From Callorhinchus milii (taxonomy: Eukaryota), in NCBI RefSeq assembly GCF_018977255.1, contig NW_024704742.1, positions 90,026,001 through 90,090,000 on the forward strand: a stretch of 64,000 bases of DNA, in the 5' to 3' direction. Numbering within the stretch: the stretch's first letter is position 1; each line of letters begins with the position of its first letter. A model generated the notes under the pieces. The model worked only from the letters and a program-made list of their open reading frames with translations. It had not been told where the DNA came from and searched no databases. Positions 62,823 through 64,000 of this stretch are shown here, piece by piece. Made by a program: the position numbers and the translations under genes.

Positions 62823-63060
62823 TGGGGAAGCAATTCCACCTGGGTCTAGATTTTCTTTATGTAGCATTTCATAAATGCTAGAATTTGACATAGAATTTGA
62901 CAAATTGTTGAATTGAGTCTAAACTGTGAAGCTGTTTTTCTGTAGCCCTGAAAAGAAAACTGGCTTCAAAATTATGGTTCTGGTTAAGAATTTGCAAATT
63001 TCTGGGCACTCTTAAATGCAAGATAAATGGAGTAAGTCTAGACCCAGAAATTTCTTCCCA
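62823..63060. mobile_element. MITE family A copy
   Basis: TGGGGAAGCAATTCCACCTGGGTCTAGA / TCTAGACCCAGAAATTTCTTCCCA. Confidence 0.8.
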
Positions 63061-64000
63061 ATCTATGGATCCTGGTGAGGTGATTTTACTCTCACGTGGA
63101 AAGATTGCTTTATAGTACAGTTGACATATGCTGCAAATCCTGAAATTTAAGCATGATTTCTCTATGTCACTCACCATTATTAATTCGCGTAAAATTAATT
63201 TTGCGTGCTCCACTCCCACCCCAAAACTTCTCCAACTGGCTGCCCTTCTGGTCTGAACTGCATGGCTACCGTCCCACCTTTGAGTCGGATGTTGCTTCGG
63301 GTCCTGGACGTTTCATTGTTAATGTAAATGTTGGCGTGGATTTCTCCCATTTGGAACATTATGACCAGAAGCGTACCAACCAGCATGCCCCTTGCTGTGA
63401 AACATCCTTCCAATTGTGTTATTATGTCTAGTGGCTAAATTCAATCAACCCCAGGAACATTTTTATGTGCTTTGTGTCACATAAGTGCATGGCGGTCATT
63501 ACTTAACTCGCCAGTAATGCCACTAACAGTTCATTGCTTCCCGTTAGTCAGCTCGTAGACAAGAGTGAAAGATCTCCACCATGTGACTTGCTTTTCACTT
63601 GATTTAGTTTAAAGTTTTAGTTGAAGAATGTATTATATTTTAATATGCTTTTCATATCATGCTTGTCCTGTGTGTCACATTATTCTGGAACAGATTGTTC
63701 CCTATGGAAAGCTTTTGGACATTTCAGACTTCTATTTTCTGCACGCTCCAACACTGAGAAGAACCTCTTGTTAAAAGGAAACATTGCCTTTTGCTTTATT
63801 CCTAACGCTTCAATGCTAATGCTTTGGTGTCCAGGGTACGTTTAACAGTTTAGTCCTGAGCTAAGCATCCTGACCATTTCAATACCATTGCCTCTAAGTG
63901 CGCTGGAAAAACAAAGAGCTGAATTGAATCTTTGTCTGAACGAAGCAGTATGATGAAAATTTATCACCAGCACTGAAAACAGCTCACAGCAGCTGCAAGA

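Noticed and set aside
43853..64000. ADAMTSL1 exon 2 (WDAWGPWSECSRTCGGG) or the promoter
   Set aside because: No matching coding segment or CpG island found by eye; these probably lie beyond the window end

Overview
Vertebrate genomic DNA, most likely from a cartilaginous fish (inferred from the repeat families; not proven). The whole window lies inside one minus-strand gene, ADAMTSL1 (punctin-1). Eleven consecutive internal coding exons (equivalent to mammalian exons 3-13; 46, 237, 127, 75, 158, 112, 139, 51, 205, 148 and 85 nt) have canonical AG/GT sites and compatible phases, and splice into one open frame of about 460 codons (end of TSR1, Cys-rich module, spacer, TSR2-4, linker ending AVSEEPS). 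Exons 1-2 were not found and presumably lie beyond 64000; later exons lie before position 1. The introns are dense in retroposons: tRNA-Ala-headed SINEs, Deu-domain SINEs, L2 and CR1 LINE fragments, LF-SINE-like and AmnSINE2-like relics, and short Penelope-like elements with hammerhead-ribozyme cores. They also hold DNA transposons (a deleted hAT with TIRs and 8-bp TSD, two MITE families) and an unclassified, structured ~550-600 bp repeat in at least 8 copies. I found no clearly new protein-coding system. The best leads are the unclassified repeat, the inverted hammerhead cassette, a 142-bp local inverted duplication, SINE tail switching onto the resident L2, LF-SINE-like copies, and a possible short punctin isoform. 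Repeat family names come from recalled consensus motifs, not database searches; most repeat boundaries are approximate.
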